A stretch of DNA of 63,589 nucleotides, the filler included, from Collodictyon triciliatum (Eukaryota): NCBI GenBank assembly GCA_043381765.1. It is 7 parts of 7 records of this genome, joined end to end, with 100 filler letters (N's around TTAATTAATTAA, not from the genome) between each part and the next. Parts side by side here need not be neighbours in the genome. Positions count along the whole stretch, not along the records: positions 1 to 9,475 come from JBHJMP010002995.1; positions 9,576 to 19,062 come from JBHJMP010002996.1; 5 more parts are not named here. One strand, given 5' to 3'. Both the position numbers and the translations under genes were made by a program. Below the pieces are notes generated by a model. The model searched no databases. It was given only the letters and a program-made list of their open reading frames with translations, and was not told the origin of the DNA. Positions 1 through 12,816 of the stretch are shown in pieces (positions within the stretch are counted from its first letter, which is position 1; the number at the start of each line of letters is the position of its first letter).

Positions 1-198
1 TGTTTGTTTGTTTGTTTGTTTGTTTGTTTGTTTGTTTGTTTGTTTTTCGTTTGTTTTTTTTTCGTTTGTTTTTTTGTGCCCTAGTCCAAACGTTTGTGGA
101 GACTGAAACCACCCTGACACGAAGAATAATACTTGCTGCCGCCACGGCCGACCTCTTTGCAGAAGCACAGACAAGGTTGGCAGTTGTCATCTCCGAAG

Positions 199-2728
199 AT
201 GGTTTCCTACGGCGTGGCAAAGGTCTTCACAGACAACGTGAGAAACCGCGCAACCTTTTTCAACTCCTTCTTGAGACCCTGTCTATTGTGCTCCACACCG
301 TTTGGCACTTTGGCATTTTTCTCGAATGAATGAAAGAATGCCGCTCATACTCGCTTCGACAGACTCTGGGGATGTTGCTTGCGCGACTGTGAACCATATG
401 ATTTTTTTCCTTTATTCGATTCAAAGTGGTGAACCATATGATTTCAATATGTTGATACTTAAACACCTGACGTTCTATGTTATGTTCTCATTTTTCTCTT
501 TACTCCCAGAACCCTTTTGTATTCTACCATCCTTTGTATTATCTTTTTTTAAAAAAAAACCCCCATGAAGTTCTCAACGTGCGTATTTCTTGTCACTAGA
601 CTGCTCGTATCAGCTGTATAGACTTCTCGGGCGATGGCGAATACGTTGTAACATGTAGCGAAGATGCTTCCATCCGCGTTTATAATGCCCTTCTGGGAAC
701 GTGAGAGGCTTTGTTTTTTTTTTTTTAATTTCAACCTATGGCTTCATCATCATTATCGCAGGACATAGACCTCATCATTCCGCCCATATCGTGAGAACTA
801 ATCTTTAAAGGAAAAAAAATCGTCGTTATATTTCTATTTTTGTGTGTGTTTTCATTTTTTTTTCTCTGGTAGTGCACGAACCACAATCTTCAGCAAAAAG
901 TACGGAGTCAACCTTGTAAAATGGACGCATCACAATTCGAGCGTAATCGTGTCTTCAAATAATCAGTGGGAGCGTAAGTTTCTTTTTTTATTTTAAGTAC
1001 TCTGAGTAATATTACCAGAATTTATAGCAAAATTTGCTTCATTTTTTGCTGTATCAAAACATTTCATTTCCCAAGATATGTAGTAATCGACTTATTATTT
1101 GATTTTATCCCAGCATTGAAATCACGCTTAATTGCATCATTTCCTTAATTATATTATTCAACATGATTGAATCTATTGAGCCGTCTCCCAAAACATTATC
1201 TTCGATATACATATTAATTCAATTGAATAAATGTTTTTTTTTACAAACTATCTTTTTTTATTTTTAACTACAGACTCCATTCGATACTTATCCCTCCATG
1301 ACAATCAGTATCTAAGACAGTTTACAGGCCACAGAGAAAAGTGAATTTTTCATCAGCTGATGCTTTTGATTTGGATGAGCATATATATATATATATATAT
1401 ATACTCATATTTTTTATTTAAAAAATAAGGGTTCTTTCTCTTCACTACAACCCGTCCAACGATACATTCATATCATCATCTGCAGACAAAACAGTCAGAT
1501 TGTGGGATATCCGGACTGAGTTGTGCCAGGTTATTGAGACAGAAGAACACCTCACTTAATATTATTATGAAAGAAATGGAATCATGGATGCCTCAATTTT
1601 TTCATATCACCCTTGCATGAGGACATAGTAGAGCATCTCTGTGTTCTTTTTGTCTTCATATGCGTCTCCTGCAACGCATTACTACTTTGAATCCGAGAGT
1701 GAATTTGCTCCATCTCTATGCAGGGACTCATCCACACACCGGGACAATCAGTCTCGGGCTTTGACCCATCCGGCACGGTTTTTGCCACTGCTGTCCACGA
1801 TTGTGTGCGCCTCTACGATGTTCGCTCGTGTGATAAGGTGCGTTATACTTGGTCATTGTCTCATGAACATACAAAGCACGCGAGTTGGTAGTTTGTATTG
1901 GGTGTATATGACTTTCTTTCGAATGGTCGCTAGCTAGTCAGACAGCGATGGGAAAATTGGTATGATGGTTAGTTTGTGTTCTATCAGATTGCTTCTAACG
2001 ATTGTTTTTATATATTTTTAATGAAATTGGAAATCTTTGAAGGGCCCCTTCTCGGTCTTTAATGTAAATGACAGCCAAACAAGTCAAATACACACCATCA
2101 AATTTTCTTTGGATGGAAAAATGTTACTAACAACTTCGGTGTCCGGATTGATTCGCGTTTTGGATGCATATGACGGAACACAAGTGAATATAACCTTTTT
2201 CTACTATCACCAGCATTTCTGTTGTGTTTATTCTTGTGGACTGCGTTTCTCGACCTCTTTTTTTTTTTTCAATCCCCATCACTTTTCTTATCCATCTTCC
2301 AAAACAGATTCAATCTATCAAGCAACCCATCGGAGCGGAGAGCTCTGCCAAGTTTGAATCCTCCTTCAGCCCCGACGGAAATTATGTGACTTCAGGTTGC
2401 GATAAATCATCATCGACAGAGACCTTTCGTCTTCTCGTTTTATCAGCACGATGCTCATCTCATACTTTCTTTTTGTTTTTCCTTCACCCTTATTTTACTT
2501 TATCCACATCTCATTTTAACGACAGGCTCGCCCACCGGTGCCGTCCATCTGTGGCTTGTTGAGAGCGGAGAGAAAGTTGCGGAGTGGAAGGCACATAACT
2601 CCGCCGCACTGTGTGTCCAGTGGAACCCTCGCAAGTGGATGTTTGCAAGCGCATGTCAGCACCTGGCTTTTTGGCTCCCCATGGAAAACTCATCGTTGTC
2701 CCACACTCGCGGGCGCAGCGGAATATAA
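199..2728 (+). CDS. WDR82: WD40 protein WDR82/Swd2 (COMPASS/CPF subunit), about 9 exons; an upstream exon may exist
   Basis: Spliced exons read VSYGVAKVFTDN / ISCIDFSGDGEYVVTCSED / IFSKKYGVNLVKWTH / SIRYLSLHDNQYLRQFTGH / DTFISSSADKTVRLWDIR / FDPSGTVFA..VRLYDVRSCDK-GPF / ESSFSPDG / VQWNPRKWMFASACQHLAFWLP. These follow WDR82 motif order; GT-AG junctions; TAA at 2726-2728. Confidence 0.93.
389..444 (-). mobile_element. 24-bp retro-insertion (LINE 3' end plus A-tail) with 16-bp TSD, in a WDR82 intron
   Basis: gtgaaccatatgattt at 389-404 and 429-444 flanks ttttcctttattcgattcaaagtg, which matches the LINE 3' terminus at 42817-42847. Confidence 0.85.
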
Positions 2729-3164
2729 ACATGAATAAGCTAAGACGGACCTGAAGGGATACATATTGTTGGTGTGTGTATATCTCTGTCTTTTCTCTCT
2801 TTCTTTCAATTTTTTCTTTCTTTCTTTGTGCTGCGATTCTCAGAATTATGATTCTTTTAAATATGGTTATGTTATGAGAGCAAGAAAGAGATAAGAAGGA
2901 GAGAGAGAGAGAAAATGGTAACAACTGGATGTGGTGTCATTTGCAAGCGCCCGATTAACACGTATTGTTTTTGTTGTTTTCTTTATATCTTTATTTCTGG
3001 CTTGGTTTGGATGCTGCAAACGAGGATTGATAGAGCCTTCTGAATCAAACCCCTGATTCTTTACGGTCAGCGGGTGGGATAGAAAGGAGCATGTCGAAAC
3101 GAATGTGCGAAAAGGAGAAATAAAAAAAAAAAGCAAAAGAAAAGAGGGGATGTCAGATTGCCAC

Positions 3165-3791
3165 TTATCGCGGTTGGTCAAGCGTTTGCGAGGAACTCTG
3201 GTTTGATGCGACAGTGAAGAGCACGGAAACGGGGTCGCTTAAGCACGGCCTTTTTCGAGGGCGAATGGGCTCCAGGTTTGCAGCAGATTCGGGCGAAGAG
3301 AAGACAGAGGATGAAACATTCGGAAAGATGGGTGCGTTTGGGACAAAAGAGGGACGTGTTGTCTGCTGCGTGAAGAGAGAAAAGGGCGACTGTGTTTGTT
3401 GTTGTGTTTGTTGTTGTGTTTGTGTTTGTGTTTGTGTTTGTTGCTGATACTGTTGGTGTTCTTGTGTTTGATACCGATGCTGTGTTTGTTGCGTTTGTTG
3501 ATGTTGTGTTTGTTGCTGGGAAAGAAGAACAATGTCTTCGCCAACTTCATCAAGCTGCTGCGCAATGTATGTTGTGAGCATGTGGACGGGGATGGACTCC
3601 CAGCGATTCAACTGGGCCAGGTGGACGATGTATTGGCGCAGTTGCGTGTATGCCTCTTGGAAGCCGAGTGCCGACTGCAGTTGCTGAGTGCGATGTCCTG
3701 TGCGGTAGAGCTGTGCGAGTGACGCTGCGGCTGCGCGGAAGGAATCGAGCAGTTGTTGTTCCGAGTCGCTCATGGTTGGCGTGTGATCCAT
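3165..3791 (-). CDS. Intronless Q-rich protein with HAPSTR1/C16orf72 (DUF4588)-like N-terminal helix
   Basis: LLDSFRAAAASLAQLYR...ALGFQEAY resembles the FxxAAxAVTxLYK...GYQ motif; followed by a Q/T tract and a basic RPRKRP motif. Confidence 0.65.
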   Translation of the reverse strand: MDHTPTMSDSEQQLLDSFRAAAASLAQLYRTGHRTQQLQSALGFQEAYTQLRQYIVHLAQLNRWESIPVHMLTTYIAQQLDEVGEDIVLLSQQQTQHQQTQQTQHRYQTQEHQQYQQQTQTQTQTQQQTQQQTQSPFSLFTQQTTRPSFVPNAPIFPNVSSSVFSSPESAANLEPIRPRKRPCLSDPVSVLFTVASNQSSSQTLDQPR

Positions 3792-3978
3792 ATCGTCGAC
3801 CTTCTTCCTGTTGTTTGTTATTTTTTTATTTATTTTTTGTGGTTTTTTTTTGATTTATTTTAATCTTTTTTTTTTTTGATTGTGATTGCTTTTGTGTTCT
3901 TGAGTTTTTTTTTATTTTTATTTTTATTTTTTTTTTTGGTTTATTGGGAGCAGAAAGATCGCCGCACAGACGGAAGGG

Positions 3979-5863
3979 ATGAACAAGGCCGACGAGGACG
4001 TTGGGCCGGAGAAGGCTTTGGAAGCAGAGAGGGAGGAGGGAGAAAAGAGCACGGAGATGGCGGAGGCGGAAGAACTCGAGGATGCCGAGGACTTTGAAGA
4101 CGCGGAGGAAGTCGAGGAGGAAGAAGACGAGGAAGACGCAGAGGACGAGGACGAAGCCGAGGACGAAGAAGGCGAAGGCGAGGGCGACGTGCATTTGACT
4201 GTGGTGGCCTTGAACGAAGATGCAGCGCCAGAGATAAAACCCGCTCTCAGAAAGGGCGTTGGCCGTGGCCGGAGAAAGCAGAATGCGACTGAGCCCGTCG
4301 CACCGTTGACTCTTGCGTCCGCCTCGCATGTCCCAACTATTCCGGTCTCCAGAGTCAAGAAACTTGCAAAGCTGGATCCTGTGCGTTTGCGTATTTTATC
4401 GGCTTATTGATGTATTGATGTATTGATGTATGGATTTATTTATTTATTTATTGTTTTCATGATGTATTTTTTTCATGTATTGTTTTATTGTTTTATTGTT
4501 TTATTGTTTTATTGTTTTATTGTTTTATTGTTTTATTGTTTTATTGTTTTATTGTTTTATTGTTTTATTGTTTTATTGTTTTATTGTTTTATCGTTTTAT
4601 CGTTTTATCGTTTTATCGTTTTATCGTTTTATTGTTTTATTGTTTTGTTTATTATTGATGTATTTATTGATGTATTGATTGATTGTTTTATTAATTTTTA
4701 TCTGTTATTATTTATTGATGTATTGATTGATTTATTGGTTGATTTATTGATTGATTTATTGATTGATTTATTGATTTTCGGTTTTATTTTATTATTGATG
4801 TATCGATTGATTGTTTTATTGATTTTTATCTAATTTTTATTGATTGATTGTTTTACTAATTTTTATCTATTATTTATTTATGAATTTATTTATTTATCGA
4901 TTGATTTATTGATTGTATTGATTTTCGGTTTTATTTTATTCTTCCTCTTAATTTGTGCAGATAGGGAGTTTTGGCTTGTTTATGTTGTTGTTTTTCTTGA
5001 AGCGAAACGTGCACTGCCCAAGTTCACCAAGAAATCAGACACATGATTCATCTTAATGCATCACATGTACAGGACACGCGCGTGGTAACGAATGATGCTG
5101 CATACCTTATAGCAAAGGCGTCGGTAGGTTACCCACGCACAGTCCGACTGTTTACTAACACTTTTTTTTCTTCTTTTTTCTACGATATTCACTTTCATGT
5201 TATGTGTCAAGAATCATCAGTGACCCATCATCTTCGAAAGACAGGCTGCATTCTTGCTGTAACCCTTTCATCGTCGAATACTTCACATCTGATGTAAACT
5301 TTTGCTTTGATTCGTCATTCGTAGGAGCTTTTCATCGAGAGGTTTGTGGGTGAGGCACAGAAGCACGCAATGCGGGAGAAAAGGAAAGGAGTTCATTATC
5401 GCCATCTAGGTACTATGGAAATCCTTCACTAATAGGTGTTGATTCATCGTATCCCGTTCGAATATACATATATACTTTGTGAATCTCCTTTTCATAAAAT
5501 TATTGCAGCTGCAACTGTGGCGCAGGACGACGCTCTCAGCTTCTTGGACGGTTAGATACTCCTTTGAAACAAATGCATCTTGAAGTTTATTCTTACTCAT
5601 AGAATCTCATGTCGTTAATCACGCTCTGATGCGATCAAATTCTTTCCTTTTGTATTTTCCTCTATATTTTTCTGTGAAGATGGTGCATAAGGACAAACTC
5701 ATCATTTATTTTGCACAGTATCTCTTGATGTAGCAAACTACCGCTCTTGACTATGAATTAACCCTTTTATGACCCACTCAACCTTGCAGAATTAATTCCT
5801 CAGCAACACACAAAAAAGCAACGCACCGCTTTGATTCAGCAGCTGCAAAAGTCTTCATCATAG
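3979..5863 (+). CDS. H2A-like histone-fold protein (POLE4/Dpb3/CHRAC1/NF-YC family) with acidic N-terminus, 5 exons
   Basis: Exons give IPVSRVKKLAKLDP / DTRVVTNDAAYLIAKAS / ELFIERFVGEAQKHAMREKRKGVHYRHL / AATVAQDDALSFLD / ELIP...; TAG at 5861-5863. Confidence 0.88.
4410..4940. repeat. AT-rich compound micro/minisatellite (ttttattg and ttgattta units) in intron 1 of the histone-fold gene
   Basis: Direct tandem repeats visible in the sequence. Confidence 0.9.
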
Positions 5864-6084
5864 TTTACAAAGATGCACTTATTCTAGGAGAAAACGAAAA
5901 AGAGAATTAATACGAACATAAACAAAACAACATAAACACACAATCATTCATCGGTCTACCCCATTTTTTGGCAACTGGCGTCCCAGTCCGCCAATTCATT
6001 TCATTATTTTTATGCCATACAGCATAGCCACCATTCAGTGATGTCCTTTCCAAGAATGACTTATTCTCTTTTTAAGACGAATTG

Positions 6085-9000
6085 TCAACGGCTCAACGAA
6101 ACGGAGCCGTTTGGATACAAACCTGCACAAAAAAAAAGTAGACATACAAATCAGAGACATAAAACACTTCAAAGGAAAAAAGATAGGGAAAAAAAAAAGA
6201 AAATCGAGGAGAAAGAAAAACAACGAAAAGAAGAAAGCATAGAAAGCATGTTGGGAAAATATACCTGCTTGCAAAAAAGTAACATCGCAAAGCTGCTCCT
6301 CTTTGTAAATCACTCTCGGATACGCGGTGGCAATTTTAAAGTCTGAACTGCGCAACTCCATCGCGATTCGTGCGTGAAGAGAGGAAAGGGTTTCCATGGG
6401 ATGCGCTTCGTGCCGGATTGTCCTGCCGTCAAAAAGCCGAACCTTTCATCGCATATGCGAACCGTCGTAGAAATAAAGAATCATTATTTCACATGGATAT
6501 CCGTAAAAGAAATCACCAAAGTTGACGGTGATAACATTAATAATAGTATTATGGACTGTGAAGGTGATCTAGTTATGTATATGTGCGGTTTGTAAGAATG
6601 TTTGTTTCTCTTTTGTGATTTTGTTTACTTGCACAACACACAACGCAGACGGGTCAGACGGACTCAAAGAGGATGGTTTCGATGTTTCTCTCTGTGATTC
6701 TTGCTTCTGTGATTCTTGCTTCTGTGCATGCGATGACAAAGGAGATACAGATGAAGTGTGCGTTTGTGGTTGCGATGATGTTGTTTTTGTAATAGCTATT
6801 TCTGGTACACTTGATGTCTCTGACTGCAGATTTCGCTTCTGTTTGATTTATAAATGTTATTGCCACACCACAAGAGAACAAGTCTTCGACATGTGCATGA
6901 AAGAGTTCATTGAAAAGAGATTCCCATGGGCAAAATAGATAACTCATCGAGGCAGAAGGGTTCCTTGCACCCATCATTACGAACGAGATTATATTTTTGA
7001 TTGATGTGCTGGTTTTAAATTCGCTTGGCTAGGAGCCTCAGACGATGAGACATTCTGCATAGAAGTATAAGAAGAACGGGCAATCGTGATTAAGTACACA
7101 CTTGCTTTTGGTTAGCTCTGTCTTCCTCCATTTGGCGTCGGATTCGCTCGCGGTGTGCGAGGTCTGCTTCTTTCTGCTTTCGTAATGATTCGAGCGTCTT
7201 CGCTTTCTCGGCATTAATTCTTTGACGCTCTGACTCATCATCAACTGCTTGCGCAGAGACTGGCAGTTCCGTAGAATTTCTACTTGGGGTTTTGGGCTCC
7301 TACAGAAAACCAAGAAACCTTAGAATACATCTTGGTCTTATTTGCCAGATCGACCTGTCTTTCTTAGGAGCATTTCGTTGTTGTAAATGAGATTCGTTCA
7401 ATGCACTTACGATATTGGCTTCACGCAGTCTAATGTAAAGACCAGAATAAGTTCGGGATGATGGAATAAATCCAAATGTCTTTTTTTTTAAAAAAAAATT
7501 CACTTCATTGTATATACCGATGCACAAACTTGATTCGCGGCGCAGATTCGTATAAGCGTTGTGAAGAAAAGTAATCAACAAGAACAGAGTCAGATATTTC
7601 TTGGTCGGCATCTCCATCACCGGAATGTTGGAAAATCCTTTGCAAGAGGTCAACAATATAAAAAAAAATAAGTAAGGATAAAAAAATTAAACTAGCAATC
7701 TTCCCAAATCAGGCGTGCTCATAGAGAAATAAAATCATCAGATGCGTACCAATCAACGCAGATATTTAAGTCAGAATTTTTCGTATGAACAACAGATTTC
7801 TGTGCAGCCAAGACAGAGAACCCCATTTTAACAAGCTCTTGAACCTTTGAAAAAAAATCATAAAAAATGTGAAAACACAATCGATAGAAAGTGGACGTTC
7901 TATTCGTTTCAATATGTATGACCACAACCGTGACTATGATATTTACCAGAGCAAAAAGCAAAATCGATAGAATATGGCGACCACTTGCAAAAAAGTAATC
8001 CATTCAGCGAGATTTCAAAGCAGTATTTTGAATTGAAGGAGGGGTGGGTGGTAAAATAACAGAGAGATACCTTCGGGTTACTGGCAACATCCAGTGGGTT
8101 AAATTCTCTTAAAACCCTTGAAAACTCTTTCAAACCAGTCTCATGAGAAAACTGGTCAGCCTGGTTCTGCGTTTCAAAAAGCATACCAGTCTGTTTGCAC
8201 TGAATAAATGATTTCTTCGGATAGACCTGGTTTATGCACAATCAAATTAAGATAATTGATATTTAAACATTTATTAAAATTTAAATATGAAAAATATCGG
8301 CAAAGATAATGGTGACTAATAATATATAGAAAAAAAAGCTGAAAACCGATTCGATCGGACGCTGCTCGCTTTTTTCCTGGAGAACAGTATGGCTACTTGT
8401 TGGATTGCCTGTTGGATTGCCTGTTGGATTGCCTGTTGGATTGCCTGTTGGATTGCCTGTTGGATTGCTTGTTGGATTGCTTGTTGGATTGCTTGTTGGA
8501 TTGCTTGTTAGATTAATTGTTGGATTGCTTGTTGGATTGCTTGTTGGATTGCTTGTTGGATTGCTTGTTGGATTGCTTGTTGGATTGCTTGTTAGATTAA
8601 TTGTTGGATTGCTTGTTGGTTTGCTTGTTGGATTGCTTGTAATAGCATCCTTCTTGAGTGGCTCCTGCGTGGGTATTGTCTTCAGAGGTAGTAAGCGAAG
8701 TTCCTTCTTCCTCTTTGCAATCATGTTCAGTCTTGTTTGAGAAAACTTTTCCAAAAGGACACTTCTGGACTCGCCCACCGAAGAATCGCCATCTAATGGA
8801 TTATATCGTTATCATCACACCAGAGATTTCTTACACTATTTGAAGCGCATGTGATAAACACGAACCAAAAGAACATACATTCTAGGGAAAGTTTTTCTTA
8901 CAGGCAAATCTTCATCAAGGAGATAAAGTGGTAATAAGGGTCAAGAATAAAAGTATAACGAATCATACAGCCAAGAACGTTTCCACGCAGCTTGTCACCG

Positions 9001-9128
9001 ACCGTGCATTTTGCAAAAATCTGCCGAATCATTTCGTCATCAGCACCGGTGATTCCATCAATTTTCTGTCCACCACGAAAGAACAGAAGCGAAGGCACGC
9101 AACGAACGCCAAACATCTCTGGTATGTC
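6085..9128 (-). CDS. p97/Cdc48 cofactor-like protein: thioredoxin-like half, NPTS repeats, degenerate ZnF, UBA, coiled coil, UBX (5' end not resolved)
   Basis: FGVRCVPSLLFFRGGQKIDGITGAD (Trx C-half); CKQTGMLFET...ETGLKEF; VQELVKMGFS..AQKSVVHTKN...VDWIFQH (UBA); KEADLAHRERIRRQMEEDR; VRLFDGRTIRH...FKIATAYPR...FLQAGLYPNGSV (UBX); TGA at 6085-6087. Confidence 0.82.
8397..8641. repeat. Coding 12-bp tandem repeat (ccaacaagcaat in gene sense), about 20 copies, encoding (NPTS/NPTG)n
   Basis: ttgttggattgc repeated; in frame in ORF 8281..8778. Confidence 0.95.
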
Positions 9129-9475
9129 CTGTTTCAGTGATGCATTCATGCATTTTAGAAAAGAATGGTGAAAGAAATAGTAAGCCTTTAACGAAAGCAT
9201 AATGAGTGGTGACAATCATGAGGCGCACCAACACATAAACTCGAATACAAGAGCGAAGACATCAAAGTGCACTTCTTGATGGATTTAATTACAATTTGAA
9301 CGAGTGGATGTTGCCCTTTCTTTGCTTTCTATTCTTTCTTATTCTTTCTTATCTTTTCTTATCTTTTCTTATCTTTTCTTATCTTTTCTTTTCTTTTCTT
9401 TTCTTTTCTTTTCTTTTCTTTTCTTTTCTTTTCTTTTCTTTTCTTTTCTTTTCTTTTCTTTTCTTTTCTTTTCTT

Positions 9476-9575
9476 NNNNNNNNNNNNNNNNNNNNNNNNN
9501 NNNNNNNNNNNNNNNNNNNTTAATTAATTAANNNNNNNNNNNNNNNNNNNNNNNNNNNNNNNNNNNNNNNNNNNN
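9476..9575. other. Artificial contig linker (44N-TTAATTAATTAA-44N)
   Basis: 100-bp six-frame-stop linker, identical at six sites. Confidence 0.97.
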
Positions 9576-9698
9576 ATTCTTTTTTTTCTTTTTTTTTTCT
9601 TTTTTTTATTCTTTTTTTTATTCTTTTTTTTATTCTTTTTTTTATTCTTTTTTTTATTCTTTTTTTTATTCATTTTGTTAATTTACTGCGAGAACAGG

Positions 9699-12600
9699 AA
9701 GACATCGTCTCATAGGATGCATACATCACGTGACAAGGTGAAATTAATTTAATGATTTCTATCACTTAAAATGTGATTTTCCCTTTTCTAATTGCTTTCT
9801 CCTTAATACCAAAACAAAATGGCACAATAGCAAATTGGAATGCAAGGACTTTACGATAATATCGATGAACCCAAGCCTGATGCAATAACGTAGGAATCTA
9901 ATCCAGAGTTTGCGTATATTCCTCATTGAAGTACTTTCTTGCTTTGAATAGTGATGACTATCAGACTTTCTGGTTTTCTTAAATTTTCAAACCCAGATTT
10001 GCCGAGCCGGTATCTATAGTTATATCAAGCAACAAAGAGAAAACAACGCAAAGGAGAGCAACAGATTCTCATGACCAGAGAAGGCCTTTTCAATTCCAAT
10101 CTGACCGACCGCCGCATGCCATGAATCCCAGCGTTGCTGATAAGGCGCATATTTATGAAAATCATGACCATGTCATGAATACGAAACCCTCTTCCACGGA
10201 ATATTATCTTTCAGGTACCCTCACTCAACCCGAGACAGAGTTGAAAGAGTCCTCGTCACAAAACGCGTCTATGAGTTTTCTTTCAAGTAGAACTACAGAT
10301 ATTTCACTTGCAATGCCAGGGCCCAATCCAAACAAGAAAGCAGCCGCTCGTACTTCTTTGGTTAGTATTCCATCTTTCACTATGGCTCCACCACCAGAAT
10401 ATACCAACCAATTTATCAGCTCATCGCATCCGCTCGGCCATCTTCTCCAAAACACATCATCGCATTCCTCTCCAGAAAGAGACTCAGACTTGCTTAAAAA
10501 GAAATCCGCTTCAAGCATGGCACATGGTCAATCAACACTTGGAGATGTTGTGTTGCAAGATGCCCTTAGTCCGCCAGAGCGTCAGAAACCGAGCACAAAA
10601 ACAGCTCAAAACACGAATAATCCAATCATTTTTACTCGAGACCCTGTGTCTCCGCCAATGAGAGCTGCATCCAAAGCTAACACTCACATAAAGACCGCAT
10701 TGCGCCCAAATGTTCCATGGAACGCCGGAGAAATCCACACCAAAGAGGTCAAGAAGTCAAAATCACCTCAAATCCATATACCTCCACCGTCGACGAAAAC
10801 GGGCTTGGTGGGTGACATAGAGGGAATAAATCGCTTCCTAGAAATAGAGAATCAAGTGATGAAGGCAGAGGCTGAAAAAAGCAGCAAAGACAAAGACTAT
10901 ACCAGTCTAAATGAAAAGGCATATATACCTGCGGTATCCCCGCCCAACCGCTTTGAATCTAATCCAAAGTCGGCACTGGACTCTCCAAATCAATCACAGG
11001 TGATGGAAAATACTTTATCGTTCCAAGAAAGCTCCATGATGACTGTTGAGCAGCAGCAAAGATTTATTCAGGATGCAAAATCCAGAGTTCTGCTACTTCA
11101 TCAATCTTTACTTGATTTACAGGGTAAGCAACATATCGCACACCATCGAAAATATTTATAGATGGTTTACTCTTTACTTGAAATACCCATGAGATATAGA
11201 ATTTTCAGATATTTTACATATAAGAGCGATTTTGCTTTGATTGAAGGCAGAACCAAGATTTTTACACGAAACGGTAACCTTGCCATGATTATGCTGATGT
11301 AGTCGGAATCCAGACGATACCAGTTGAAAAATATCCTAGCGTCCAGGAAATGACAAAGACTGTTACATCGAGTATATTTTACACGAGGCAGGTGAGAGCA
11401 TCTCTAGACGGTATTTGGTCGAATATTCGTGTTGTGCAGGTACTATTTATTTTTCGTGGTGATGACAGGAATTACAACGACGTAAATAAAATAAAAAAAA
11501 AGTTGCCATCCTGGTGTGTAAATAGAGACAGAAATCGTGTTGGTATTTTGTGAGCTCGTATTATGTAACGGATGATTTCAATCGTAGGTTTCATTCAATA
11601 ATATGACTGAATCAAATCACAAGATAGCGCTGGAAAATAGAGTCTTGCAAGAAAAACTACAAAATCAAAAAGCGGATATGCAATCGTTTCTAGAAGAGCA
11701 AGAATTACTTATATCTGCGTATCAGGTTCTCGCTCTGCTTTATTCTGATTAGAATCATAGGAAAAAAATTTCAGAATTTGAAGTTTTTTCACAACATATG
11801 TAATTCTTAAAAGTAAAAAAGAGTATGTAATGATCGACGGAACCAATCACGATGTATTTTCTAAATTAAAAAATATTCAAAAGGATGTGATGAATCGAGA
11901 TTACGAAAAGATACGGAATCTCAGTTCGCAACTTGCCTCTGCTGGGATTTCCATTCGGTCTGAATCGCGAGCTCTCGGCGGGAGCTCTGGAAAGAAGGAC
12001 TCTGAAAGCTCCATCGACTTGCTTCCTGCAATAACTGATGATATGATAAATGTCAGAGATATCGAATCCATTCTTGGAGAGACGCATGGTTCAACAACAC
12101 ACAGGGCTGAAACGATTCAAAATGGACGGCGTTCTGGGCTAATCGTCAATTATATTCGCAAGAAGGTGACGGAGATTCTCTGTCAGATTGAATTGAAAGG
12201 AGGCACCCAGAGAATGCAGTTTCTTGCAGAGAGAGATGAGTTAGTTCGGCAACTCCAATCGAAAACGGAGAAAATTGAGGATGAAAATGAGATGCTCAAG
12301 ACTCATGTTTATGGAAACTTAAGACAAAAACTAGAGCACTTGCAGAAGATTGTTTTTGCTTTCGAGGCGATTCGTGAGAGAATGGAAGAGCGAGCCAGGG
12401 CAGATTCCGAGGAGGTTTTTTTTTCTTACGGCACAATTTAAAACAAACAAAAAATTAAAATAAAAAATCTAAAATCCTACATAATCACAACAACTAGATT
12501 CGTTCTCTAAAGGAATATATGGCCCAACTTGAACTTCAAATTACGTTTATGAAAAATTCGGGGATGCAAGCGCACGACGCTGACAAGAGAAAACTTTTAA

Positions 12601-12816
12601 GTCTTGTAATATTGCTTCATTTTCATTTGCCTTTTAATTGCTATTAACTTTATTATTTTTATTTATTTTTTTTTGCACTTTTTCGGTCACATTATCATAT
12701 TCCCTTTGTAAATTATTTCTCACAAGAGTTGAATCGTGAAATATCTTTTGCAGCTGTACGAAAGAGATTGTGAGTTGGCTGAGAAGGAATCAGCATTGGC
12801 GCGAATGAACCAGTAA
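9699..12816 (+). CDS. Hypothetical multi-exon protein with S/P-rich disordered N-part and coiled-coil C-part; ends uncertain
   Basis: Long exons ~9998-11122 and ~11830-12414, plus short GT-AG-bounded exons encoding heptad-like E/K/Q/L sequence; no family recognised. Confidence 0.6.

Noticed and set aside
4423-4833. Hydrophobic repeat ORFs from microsatellites (also 9296.., 15566.., 18283.., 35235..)
   Set aside because: They are translations of intronic or terminal simple repeats, not proteins.
7300-7656. Possible PUB domain in the listed ORF
   Set aside because: Splice phase from the UBA exon selects another frame (WIFQHSGDGDAD), which continues the UBA.
9520-9531. TTAATTAATTAA palindrome with ~9.6-kb periodicity as a biological element
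   Set aside because: Always centred in exactly 44+44 N; it is a six-frame-stop assembly linker.
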